Source: Octopus sinensis
Lineage: Eukaryota
Assembly: GCF_006345805.1 (NCBI RefSeq)
Contig: NW_021823851.1
Span: 1 to 20,796 of the forward strand
Reading direction: 5' to 3'
Length of the DNA: 20,796 nt
Made by a program: the position numbers and the translations under genes. How positions within the stretch are numbered: position 1 is the stretch's first letter; each line of letters opens with the position of its first letter. Shown piece by piece: positions 10,263-20,625 of this stretch. The notes under the pieces were generated by a model. The model searched no databases. It was given only the letters and a program-made list of their open reading frames with translations, and was not told the DNA's origin.

Positions 10263-10727
10263 TCTCTCTCTATATAAACGGCAGTTTGTCTGTCTGTGTG
10301 TCTGTGTGTCTGTCAGGTTGTACCCTCACCCTGACCACGGCTTTCAACCGATTCTGATGAAACTTGACACACACATAGCCCAATGTCATAATTCAAAACT
10401 AATGCAGCGAAACGTTTGAAAAGTTCCCCCAGTTTTGAAAAAATCGATAAATTCGACATGGGGTCGAGAATCTAAGCTTTTTATATGCAACACATTTTCT
10501 GGGCTGTACGTGGGCTGTTCACGCGTTGGGAGGCGCAATGATGTTTTCATGTTTTCGCCCAAAGGGACAGCTAGGAACATCGTATACACAGAAGTATTCG
10601 AGTGAAGAGAAGACATTGCAACCTACACATGCGCCTTCGTTCCCTTGAGGGAAAGGACTAGATTGGGATTAGTCGTTGCCTACTAGGGGCTCTTACATAC
10701 CCGGGCAAGGCCGGGCTATGCTGCTAG
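10263..10727 (+). mobile_element. Non-autonomous Helitron
   Basis: Sits between A (10262) and T (10728). It has a 5' TC, an internal gtctgt microsatellite, a 3' hairpin cccgggcaaggccggg (10700-10715), a terminal CTAG and no TSD. Confidence 0.85.
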
Positions 10728-10839
10728 TAAATTATAAAAGCAAGACAGAATTCCAAGTCAGCATTCAGAGCAAACGGTATACGTCAAGGATAGAATAAAA
10801 TAGCGTAGCACACAATATATTAACTTATATAATGACCAG

Positions 10840-11224
10840 GAGGCGCAATGGCCCAGTGGTTAGGGCAGCGGACTCGCGGTCATAGGATCGCGGTTTCGAT
10901 TCCCAGACCGGGCGTTGTGAGTGTTTATTGAGCGAAAACACCTAAAAGCTCCACGAGGCTCCGGCAGGGGATGGTGGTGATCCCTGCTATACTCTTTCAC
11001 CACAACTTTCTCTCATTCTTACTTCCTGTTTCTGTTGTACCTGTATTTCAAGGGGCCGGCCTTGTCACTCTCTGTGTCACGCTGAATATCCCCGAGAACT
11101 ACGTTAAGAGTACACGTGTCTGTGGAGTGCTCAGCCACTTACGCGTTAATTTCACGAGCAGGCTGTTCCGTTGATTCGGATCAACCGGAACCCTCATCGT
11201 CGTAAACGACGGAGTGCTTCCCCA
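10840..11224 (+). mobile_element. tRNA-Arg-like SINE (family B), apparently full length
   Basis: A box tggcccagtggttag and B box gtttcgattccc; the head aligns to tRNA-Arg(TCG)-type sequence; 3' stem-loop cgtcgtaaacgacg. 9-bp TSD aatgaccag at 10831-10839 and 11225-11233. Confidence 0.88.
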
Positions 11225-11499
11225 AATGACCAGTAGAATAATTCGGTACACATTACGCATTCTGTTCGCGATAGTAACGCTACAGTCGAACCAAAAGCAA
11301 CACAGCTTCACAGCCATGCAAAACTCTTGAAGCATACAAATCCAATGGCCATATTCTCTATACACTATGCGGCGAACACCTCAGGTATATGGAAATGCTC
11401 CTAAAGACAAATGCACCTGTACTAGAAAATCGCATAAATATGTAGACAAACATTGAGATAATTAAGGTGAATTCTGTCGTTATTTTGTGTCTATGCACA

Positions 11500-11567
11500 A
11501 CTACTAATTATTTTATCGACCCTGATTTGATGGAGGGCAAACTCGACTTCGGCGGGATTTCAACCTT
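11500..11567 (-). mobile_element. Degenerate SINE family A core fragment
   Basis: ttttatcgaccctgatttgatggagggcaaactcgacttcggcgggattt matches the core. Confidence 0.7.
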
Positions 11568-12100
11568 GAGTATGGCCTTGAAGTATTCAGTAGAAGGGCC
11601 GTTAAAACTTGCAAATCTTGACCCTTTCCGATTAGCTGTCGTATCTCATTGATCCTATCTAAAACACCTGCCCATAATGCGGTGCAAAGTTAATTCATCA
11701 ACCACGGAACACCGAACACACCCAATGTCCCTTATTGTAACCCTTGCATTTCTCTTCCCCAAATTCTAGTGCAAATATATATAAGCAGTATCTGCCTATC
11801 CCATCCTGTGTTGTGTCGAGTCTTCTATAAAGAAAAAGCTTTACTCTTCTCAATGGAAAATGTATCTCTCAATATTTTGTGTAATACTTATGCCTACTGT
11901 AATGATGTGAATTCCAAACTGACACCATCATTTATAAGGCACAAATATATCATATTTCAATTTGCCTTTTCTTCGATTTGACCATGGGGCAAGAAGACAG
12001 CCTGGTTTTTAAAACAATATTCACAGTAATTCTTTAGATTTGAGAACATTTCCAAATCTAAAACTGTGTGAATATAGAAACGAAATAGTACCCTTTAATA

Positions 12101-12311
12101 GCGAGATGGCAGAAACGTTAGCACGCCGGGCGAAATGCTGAGCGGTATTTCGTCTGCCGCTACGTTCTGAGTTCAAATTCCGCCGAGGTCGACTTTGCCT
12201 TTCATCCTTTCAGGGTCGATTAAATAAGTACCAGTTACGCACTGGTAAATCCCTTTGTCTGTTCTTGTTTGTCCCCTCTATGTTTAGCCCCTTGTGGGCA
12301 ATAGAGAAATA
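12101..12311 (+). mobile_element. SINE family A, near full length
   Basis: Head, B box gagttcaaattcc, core and tail are present. A 25-bp flanking direct repeat has 3 mismatches (12076-12100 vs 12312-12336). Confidence 0.95.
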
Positions 12312-12784
12312 AGAAACGAAACAGTGTCCTTTAATAAAGCTGCTATATTCAATATTTAACACTTGTCGATGTGCCGATGTGGTTCTCATCGCTATAGTTC
12401 CAAATATTTGTTGATATCTACGAAATTGAGCGTTTTTTCAATCAACTGTTCTGTTAAATATATTTGATATATTCTCCATTCTCTCTTGTTATATTCTTCA
12501 TTCTCCAGTACAATTTGTTTTTGTGCTCACTGTTATATTTTGTGCTTCTTGTTAATTTTGCGCTCTTGTTAACGATCGTATGCAGTAAGCATTTGAATGT
12601 GAACTGTGTTTAAAATATGAAAGAAAAGTAAATATAAATCAAAAAAACATTTCTTTGTCAGTTGGAATATGGATTCTCACAAAACTCTTATTGTTAAGTA
12701 TTCAAAAGACAGAAATTTTCGTTTCACTCTTTCAAAATTTCCCACGAGGTTATCAGTTTTAAGGGAGGAGTATAGTGGCTTACA

Positions 12785-12930
12785 GGGGCCCCGGTGCTCA
12801 ACTGGAACTTGTATTATCGACTACGAAAGGGTGAAACGCAAAGTCGACCACAGCAGAATTTGAAATTATTAACTAAAGTCGGAAGAAATTCCGCTGAGCA
12901 TTTTGTGTGATGGACTAAAAATTCCGAGGT
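12785..12930 (-). mobile_element. Degenerate SINE family A copy
   Basis: actggaacttgtattatcgactacgaaagggtgaaacgcaaagtcgacc...gctgagcatttt matches the core and head. Confidence 0.7.
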
Positions 12931-13357
12931 ATATTCAAAATATAAGATGCGGCTGCATAATCGTTGCAAAGATATCCAGTTACAATTTTAAACTGGCCCC
13001 TAACCCCAAAGAAAAAAGAACATTAAACATGACATAAGAGTAATTTTGAAGAAGAATTGTGCACATTAAGAATGTAAAAACTTATTGATCTTTGTATAAT
13101 TAGTGCATTACAAGTAGTAGTCGACAAATTAATGCAACGAGAACAATCTTGCGGATCACCGTTCATCAGCTTCAGACGGCTTCATGCGGACAGACGACAA
13201 ATGATATGAGTAAAAACAAGTAAAAACAATATGATTCACTTCAAGATTAACAACGAAATTAGTAGCTTGAAATTGATGTATGAGACTGACGAAAACTTGA
13301 AAGTACAAAACTTGAGATCGCCAGAACCGAATAAGTCGGAGCACAGAGGTAATTATA

Positions 13358-13916
13358 TATTTCTTTATTTCCCACAAGGGGCTAAACATAGAGGGGACAA
13401 ACAAGGGCAGACAAAAGGATTAAGTCGATTACATCGACTCCAGTGCGTAACTGCAACTCATTTAATCGACCCTGAAAGGATGAAAGGCAAAGTCGACCTC
13501 GGTGGAATTTGAACTCAGAACGTAGCGGCAGACGAAATACCGGGGCTACACACAGAGGGAACAAACAAGGACAGGCAAACGGATAAAGTCAATTATATCG
13601 ACTCCAGTGCGTAACTGGTACTTATTTAATCAACCTCGAAAGGATGAAAGGCAAAGTCGACCACGGGGGAATTCGAACTCAGAATGTAGCGGCAGACGAA
13701 ATACCGGGGCTACAAACAGAGGGAACAAACAAGGACAGACAAACGGATTAAGCCAATTATATCGACTCCAGTGCATAACTGCTACTCATTTAATCGACCC
13801 TGAAAGGATGAAAGGCAAAGTCGACCACGGCGGAATTCGAACTCAGAACGTAGCGGCAGACGAAATACTGCTAAGTATTTCGCCCGGTGTGCTAACGTTT
13901 CCACCAGCTCGCCGCC
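13358..13916 (-). mobile_element. SINE family A trimer within a single TSD
   Basis: Junctions gaaatac|cggggcta at 13540/13541 and 13704/13705 (164-bp period). Flanking gagcacagag(g/a)taattata at 13339-13357 and 13921-13939. Confidence 0.95.
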
Positions 13917-14454
13917 TTCAGAGCACAGAGATAATTATAGCAATAAAGATGAAGCGTCCGATCTTACTCCTCAGCTCTCGCAGATTTAATAGAACACAAA
14001 TAACAGAAACGGGCAGTTGAGGAATAGGCTTCTATTTCACAGGTATACTCTACTCACAACTTGAAACTCCTGCAATGTACTCGTCTAAAAATTTAAAAGC
14101 AATACTTTAGATCTTACTATAACGCTAGCTAATCTAGGAAGAAAGTTTCTCAAAGCTAAAATATCGGAAATCGAAGTAGAACACTGAAAAGAAAGGAAGA
14201 CATACCAAAAACACCAATAAGAAAATAAAGTAAATAAAAAATTAGAAAAGAAAAGACGATCAGATCGTAAATCAGGAAGTTATGCGTAAAACAAAGAAAA
14301 TAGTTTGCTAAACAATAAAAAACAAACCCTAGAGCTCTTACGAAATATTTCAGCAAAAACTGTCTGGGTTGGAAAAACATGTTACGCAATAGTTTTGGAT
14401 ATATACAGGTTTCAATTTTTGGAAAAATGTCAGCAATTACGGGAGAAAGGAGTA

Positions 14455-14545
14455 GATCGATTTTATCGAACCCAGCGTTTAACTGGTACTTATTGTATCG
14501 ACTCCGAAAAGATGAAAGGCAGAGTGGCTCTCGACGGAATTCGAA
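14455..14545 (-). mobile_element. SINE family A core fragment truncated by (AAT)n
   Basis: actggtacttattgtatcgactccgaaaagatgaaaggcagagtgg...gaattcgaa runs directly into AAT repeats. Confidence 0.8.
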
Positions 14546-14553
14546 TAATAATG

Positions 14554-14633
<80 letters not shown>

Positions 14634-14654
14634 AATAATAATAAATAATAATAA
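14544..14654. repeat. (AAT)n microsatellite
   Basis: Direct inspection. Confidence 0.97.
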
Positions 14655-15085
14655 ATAGACATGAGTATTCCCTGTGATCACAATATAGCGGCGAAAGAAT
14701 TTGACAAGATTAGTAGATATAAAGACCTGCTAATGGAAATTGAAAAAATGTGGCATCTCAAGGCGACTACAGTACCAGTGATTCTAGGATCTCTAGGAAT
14801 GATAAAAAAAAGGTACTGAAACGTATTTGAAAATGATTCCAGGCTTACCATCCCTACAGGAAGTACAAAAAATCGTATTAACTGGAACGTACTGAGAAGA
14901 GCACTATCGCTGTGAAAATAACATCCATCCATGAATTTGTTTATTTATTAATTTTTAAATACATATTTTATCTGTGAATTTGCGCGTGTAATCTGGGAAT
15001 GCATACAATGCCCTTCTCTGCCCTAGGTGTATGGAAAACACTCGGCGAGAAACGGAAGAAAATTTGAAGAAAGAAGGAAAAAACA
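14655..15085 (+). mobile_element. 5'-truncated R4/Dong-like non-LTR retrotransposon (C-terminal restriction-like endonuclease plus 3' UTR)
   Basis: IDMSIPCDHNIAAKEFDKISRYKDLLMEIEKMWHLKATTVPVILGSLGMI, then after a frameshift TETYLKMIPGLPSLQEVQKIVLTG..VLRRALSL*, with the stop at 14913-14915. This matches the REL-domain tail of R4-clade elements. Confidence 0.82.
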
Positions 15086-15131
15086 TAATAATAATATAAT
15101 AATAATAATAATATAATAATAACAATAATTA

Positions 15132-15186
<55 letters not shown>

Positions 15187-15190
15187 TAAT
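15086..15190. repeat. (AAT)n microsatellite
   Basis: Direct inspection; forms the 3' flank or tail of the R4/Dong-like element. Confidence 0.97.
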
Positions 15191-15212
15191 ACTGCATACC
15201 CTGATACAGTCC

Positions 15213-15301
15213 CAGGTATTGGCTCTCGTGGTTTCTGATCTTAACTGATTGGAAGTATTATCATGTACATTGTTTTGTCTTGGTATAAAAGATGGGCTAC
15301 A
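15213..15301. mobile_element. Possible short interspersed repeat fragment
   Basis: caggtattggctctc...ggtataaaagatgggctaca resembles a common cephalopod repeat (recall only). There is no second copy in the window. Confidence 0.3.
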
Positions 15302-16007
15302 TAGTGCCCTGATGCACAATATACCCATTTTGGCCTGATCTCTTCTTAAGTGATTTTATATGAACATTTGAAAAACCGTACCGCTCTGGGCAAGAAATAT
15401 ACAACTTTCTTCTTGCTCGTTCCTTACTTGGAACTACTTCTCAGTCAAGAAAGCATGGCCCTTTAAAGATATTTTTCTCGTCTTTTTCTCGCTTCTTCCA
15501 AGAGCAGACATTGGCCCAGCGAATATTCTTGACTGTCTACGCCAGCAAAGTTGTTATTAAAATTTTGTCTTGTGTGGGTGTCGAATTAAAAATGTTTATT
15601 TTGTTTTCCAAATGTGTCTGGCTCTGTAAATTCCAATTTTCATTCTTTTGTTTGTGTGTTAGTGTTGTAATTAATGATTATTTTAGCAGACTTTTCAACT
15701 CATGGATTAGATCAGTTCAGTCACTTTTGCATGCAATCTCAGAAAGAGAAATTCTTTTGAAAAAAAAACCAAAAAAAACTAGAAAATGAATGTACACAAA
15801 ATATAAAATATGAATTTACAAATTTCCACGAAAAAAAAAAAGTTGTTTCCTTATTTCAAAGATAAACGAGGTGGGCAAAGCTTCAATTTTTTTTTTTTTT
15901 GGCGGCAAAAATAATCCAAATAAATATTTACTTTTTTATTAATTAAAACATAAATCTTTCATGAAGCCATGTCAACACATCCAGTCCATTCATCTCCATG
16001 CATACTA

Positions 16008-16032
16008 CTAACTACTACTACTACTACTACTA

Positions 16033-16069
<37 letters not shown>

Positions 16070-16335
16070 TTTTTGCTGATAATGATGTTGATGAATATGG
16101 TACTGATGGTGAGGTAGTAGCAAAGATGATGAAGATGATGATGATGATGATGACGATGATGATGGTGATGATGATGATTACGATGATGATGATGATAACG
16201 ATTATGATGATGATTACGATGATGATGATGATGATGATGATGATTACGATGATGATGATGATGATGATGATGAAGACGATGATGATAATGATGATGATGA
16301 CGGTAATGATGATCATGATGAAGATGATATGATGG

Positions 16336-16372
<37 letters not shown>

Positions 16373-16455
16373 GATGAAGATGAAGATGAGGATGATGATG
16401 ATGATGATGATGACGATGACGACGACGACGACGACGATGATGAAGACGACGATGG
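16008..16455. repeat. Compound trinucleotide microsatellite (ACT)n-(GAT)n-(GAC)n
   Basis: Direct inspection. The poly-M/S/H/I ORFs are artefacts. Confidence 0.95.
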
Positions 16456-17187
16456 TAATCGAACTCTTTTTCGATATTGCATTAATTCCACGCGTTCCAT
16501 TACCACGTTACTTTCATTATCGATATTGCATTAATTCTATTATCACTGACCTTACACACAACTAGAAATTGGTTAGAAGCTTTGAAGAAGAGAAAATCTC
16601 GAGCAGAGCCGGCAACAACTTATTTGGCGAAGATTCTAATTAAGCACAATTTTTTTTTCTTCCCTTTATGATTATTATTGTTTTCTTTCTTATTTTTGTA
16701 ATAAGGATCCTCTTGTGACAGTTTAAAGACAAACCATTCCAGAACAAAGCCACAGAGAATTCACTCACTCTTTGAAATGAAGCAGTCTTTTTTTGGGGGG
16801 GGGGGGAACTGCGTTCTAAAAATACATCCATTATTAAAATAATATACATTAAAAAAATGTGGGTGTTTCAGGGATGAAGACAGCTATCGTATGAGACAGC
16901 TAATCATTGGCCATTAAATATCAGCAAATAGAAATTATTTATAGTATTAACTCAGCGCTACAGATTTTAGGGATCGTTATAATTCAGTTAGCTGAGACCA
17001 TTTATATGCCTCCATAGTTTTTTTTGTATTTTCCGAATCGTATTCAGCTTGACTGGAGGAGAGTATAAACTAATGGTTTTATAGTATCTTCGTTATTACA
17101 AATTAAATCAGAGCTATGCGAAAATATAACCATTGATTCTGTTTATATACCATTTGTATAATCTAACTTGCCGCTTTCTCAATTATT

Positions 17188-17272
17188 ATGTCTGTCTGTC
17201 TGTCTGTCTCTCACTATCTCTCTCTCTCTCACTCTGCACACACACACAGACACAAGCACTCACACACACACA
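17188..17272. repeat. (GTCT)n/(CT)n/(CA)n microsatellite
   Basis: Direct inspection. Confidence 0.85.
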
Positions 17273-17612
17273 TGCGGTGTTCCATACCAGACAACGGAGA
17301 TAATCATTTCTTCAGAATATTTGATTGGGCCAGAAGAATGAGTTTGCTATTAAGGAGTGAGGAAAAAGACTCATAAAATACACGTGTCCCTTTACACTTT
17401 TATTGTTTACTTGTGACGGAAATTTTGCTATTTCTAATTTTCATTAATCGTGTATAACACTCTTTCATTCCTTTTGGAAATCACCTGCATGACACAACAT
17501 GAGTAACAGTAATGAAACATATCAAGTGATTTTCTTTTGACTTCTTCATAGTAGTTTAGTAATTGATATATATATTCTTGGAAATAAATGCATCGCGTCC
17601 CAAAATATATAT

Positions 17613-17647
<35 letters not shown>

Positions 17648-17651
<4 letters not shown>

Positions 17652-17820
17652 GTACACTACCGGTGCAAATAACAGGAAATACGTAAACACTAAAAAAATG
17701 GAAAGCAGCACAAGTTAAGACAGAGAAAGGAGCCTTCATCCGTTGTAGAGTATCTATCTACTCTTCATTTCGAGCATTCAATGACAATATGAGTCTTCAA
17801 AGACACTTGCTCCCCAAAAT
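17648..17820 (-). mobile_element. Diverged copy of the (TA)n-associated repeat family
   Basis: atgggtac start, aaatggaaagca and ccttcatccgttgt match the 17967 copy. TA arrays lie on both sides. Confidence 0.6.
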
Positions 17821-17966
17821 TCTATACATATATATATACGTAAATATATATATATATAATATATAATATATACATATATATATACATATATATAATATAA
17901 ATATATATATATATGCATATATACATATATATATGTATATATATATATTATATATATATATATATG

Positions 17967-18173
17967 CATATATGGATACAGGACGTCACAAAACGTAAAC
18001 AACTTGAAATACGAACACAGATTTGGATATGCAAACAACAGGAAAAACAAATGGAAAGCAAGACAACATAAAGAACGGCCCTTCATCAGTTGTCGGCTGT
18101 CTATCTGCTCCTCATGTCGTTCAGTGCTCATATTTCATGTTGTTACGTTTGCGGAGTCCTGTACCCATATATG
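17967..18173. mobile_element. Fold-back copy of the (TA)n-associated repeat with inverted ends of about 50 bp
   Basis: catatatggatacaggacgtcacaaaacgtaaacaacttgaaatacgaacac (17967-18018) is the diverged reverse complement of 18124-18173. Confidence 0.8.
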
Positions 18174-18215
18174 CATATATATATATATATATAATATATA
18201 TATATAATATAATAT

Positions 18216-18266
18216 GTGCTTCCTGATGATTTCATTTGAATGAAACAGTTCTAGTCCTGTAGAAGC
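18216..18266 (+). ncRNA. Degenerate minimal type-I hammerhead ribozyme-like motif
   Basis: CTGATGA (18223-18229), a ttca/tgaa stem, GAAAC (18242-18246), GTC (18254-18256) and gcttc/gaagc stem-I arms. The stem II closing pair and the stem I register are defective. Confidence 0.4.
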
Positions 18267-18369
18267 TCCTTCTATATATATATATATTACGTATCTATAT
18301 ATACGTATCTATATATGTTTTATGAATGTTGCTATGTGATTAACGCCACGCATCCATTTCCAAGTAAGT

Positions 18370-18472
18370 TTCTTGCACACCACACACACAACACACACAC
18401 ACACACACACACACGCAAGCACACTCATATACATATACACGTGTATAGTAATAGATATATATATATATATAT

Positions 18473-18541
<69 letters not shown>

Positions 18542-18550
18542 CAGACAGAC
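18370..18550. repeat. (CA)n, (TA)n, (GATA)n and (GACA)n microsatellites
   Basis: Direct inspection; pure GATA run at about 18475-18540. Confidence 0.95.
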
Positions 18551-19084
18551 ATATAGGTATATATCTGTAAATACACTCACCTACACACATATACATTCAG
18601 GACTATGCGGGCGCCAGAAATATAATCGATGCTGATGGAATATGTAACTTCCACAGAAGATCTTCAAAACTATCAATTGTTATTTTATCCAACATTTCAT
18701 TGTGTGTTCTATGTATACTGGTCTGTATTTCCGTACTATAGGACCTATTAATAATCGTATTTCTATTGCACATTAACCTCAAAAACATTATTGTTATTTG
18801 ATTCGTTTGTTTCGAGATGCTCGCTTCATTAGGCTTATGTGATATTATAACATCGAGACTGCGACTGGCTACGTATTATTGTATTTCATCATCTTTAAGA
18901 TTTCTTAATGAAAAAAAAAATAAAATGAAAACAAACAAAAACAGAGTACAAAAACTAAATTGGTGTCTTGTAAGTTAATCTTCCATCCATTCTCTGTCGT
19001 CTGTTCTTCAATTCCACTTCGTTTCTCGTATATTTCTATGAATGCTATAATTATATTAATGCTTTGCACCCATGCACACATACT

Positions 19085-19180
19085 CTCAAAAACACGTACA
19101 CACACTCAAACACATTATATATATATATAATATATATATACATATTATATATATATATATATACTACATACATACATACA

Positions 19181-19212
<32 letters not shown>

Positions 19213-19243
19213 AACATATACACACGTGTGCATATACATATAC
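19085..19243. repeat. (TA)n/(TACA)n microsatellite
   Basis: Direct inspection. Confidence 0.93.
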
Positions 19244-20278
19244 ATGAAGGAGAAGAAAGGAACGTCTTCAACATCCTCGACCAGCCCCGAGGATGTTGAA
19301 TCCCGAGCAAGTTCTGCCCACGACTCTTTCACCCCAAACTTGGGTGACCCAAAGTCAATTTCGGTACAAACATCAGCCGTGGAAACTGGACGGAAACCAA
19401 CAAACCCAATTCTCGGATACGAACTAGAACCGACTACATGTATCTGTATGTTCAACTATCTATCTATATGTGTGCATGTGTATGTTTCAATATACATATA
19501 GTGGTATACATACAAGTATTACTTATATAGGTATACGTGCACAAACATACACATACACACACACGCACATATTAATTAGTTAAAAGTTATGGATGGTTTT
19601 AGAGGGGTCATTGGTTTCGCACATAAAGTTTTAGATTGTGTTTCTTTTTCGCTTATATGGGAACTACCAACGATATGCATGTGTGTGTACGCGTTTATGT
19701 GTACGTGTGTCTGCATAAGTTATGATAAAACCTTGTGATATACAACCATATAACCTATTAGTATATAAATGTTAATGAAACAATTACGCTTAATTCGTTA
19801 CTTAATACTAATTAAAACATACTTTCAGGTAAGCATCTAAACACGCTGCAGAATAATACGTAATCCATGCGAACACACTGCAATATACGACTTCATAAAG
19901 CACATATTGTATTTGAATATGAAGGTTTCACGTGTTACATGAGCAGTCATTTTGAAAATTTAGCAAACTGTGGCGCCTGAGATATATATTATGTTCAGGA
20001 ACAAATGCCAGACGAAGAACGAAACCTAAGTACAACATGTGCACGCTAATTCTCTTCGAGAATATATCGTTGATATTATCGTTGCTGTTGTATTTCCAAA
20101 TTTGGGCCAAATGCCTTTCTTTCAAATATTTTTTGCTTGCAATAGCCGGCTCTTTTGGTTAATCTATCATACCTCCGGCTGCTTCAGATGCCAGATATCA
20201 AAAACTGTCAAAGTGTAGCAGAACGGTTTTGCTATGGAATGGGTTGAATGTGCTCTCAAATGCACATTTAGCGAATAC

Positions 20279-20479
20279 CTATTTCTTTACTGCCCACAAG
20301 GGGCTACACACAGAGGGGACAAACAAGGACAGACAAACGGATTAAGTCGATTATATCGACCCCAGTGCGTAACCCTGAAAGAATGAAAGTTGACCTCGGC
20401 GAAATTTGAACTCAGAACGTAGCGGCAGACGAAATAAGCATTTCACCTGGCGTGCTAACATTTCTGCCAGTTCGCCGCC
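20279..20479 (-). mobile_element. SINE family A copy with small internal deletions
   Basis: Runs from the tail ctatttctttactgcccacaagggg to the head ...ctgccagttcgccgcc. It is preceded by gcgaatac, resembling the array junction. Confidence 0.92.
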
Positions 20480-20498
20480 TTTAAAAGTAGGAGGAAGT

Positions 20499-20625
20499 AT
20501 CTTTTTTACTCTAGACACAAGGCCCGACATTTTTGTGGAGGTGGGCCGTCGATTACATAGTCCCCAGTAAGCCCCTTAATTTATCAACCTCGTAATGATG
20601 AATGGCAAAGTCGATCTCGGCGGTA
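20499..20625 (-). mobile_element. Degenerate SINE family A core with the alternative tail
   Basis: ttttactctagacacaaggcccgac is the reverse complement of the second tail at 2693-2719; core ggcaaagtcgatctcggcgg is present. Confidence 0.8.

Noticed and set aside
10840-10915. tRNA gene
   Set aside because: Acceptor and anticodon stems do not pair properly and the sequence continues into a SINE body with a TSD.
11237-11384. 148-bp open stretch ending in cag|GTATAT
   Set aside because: No pyrimidine tract and no recognisable protein.
14156-14681. Poly-L/I/N ORFs
   Set aside because: Translations of (AAT)n and SINE sequence.
15330-15790. Minus-strand protein-like stretch (FTEPDTFGKQ...LEEARKRREKYL)
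   Set aside because: Many stops and no motif I can assign; may be a TE fossil but is unsupported.
16471-16537. 18-bp direct repeat tcgatattgcattaattc separated by 31 nt
   Set aside because: Only two copies; best explained as a small local duplication, not a repeat-spacer array.
17765-17805. Hammerhead-like ttgaaga...ctcgaaa on the minus strand
   Set aside because: Core C3 is missing, stem II does not close, and there is no stem III or cleavage triplet.
18800-18833. Minus-strand cctaatgaagcgagcatctcgaaac
   Set aside because: G5 of the core is mutated, stem II is out of register, and there is no GUH site; too degenerate to call.
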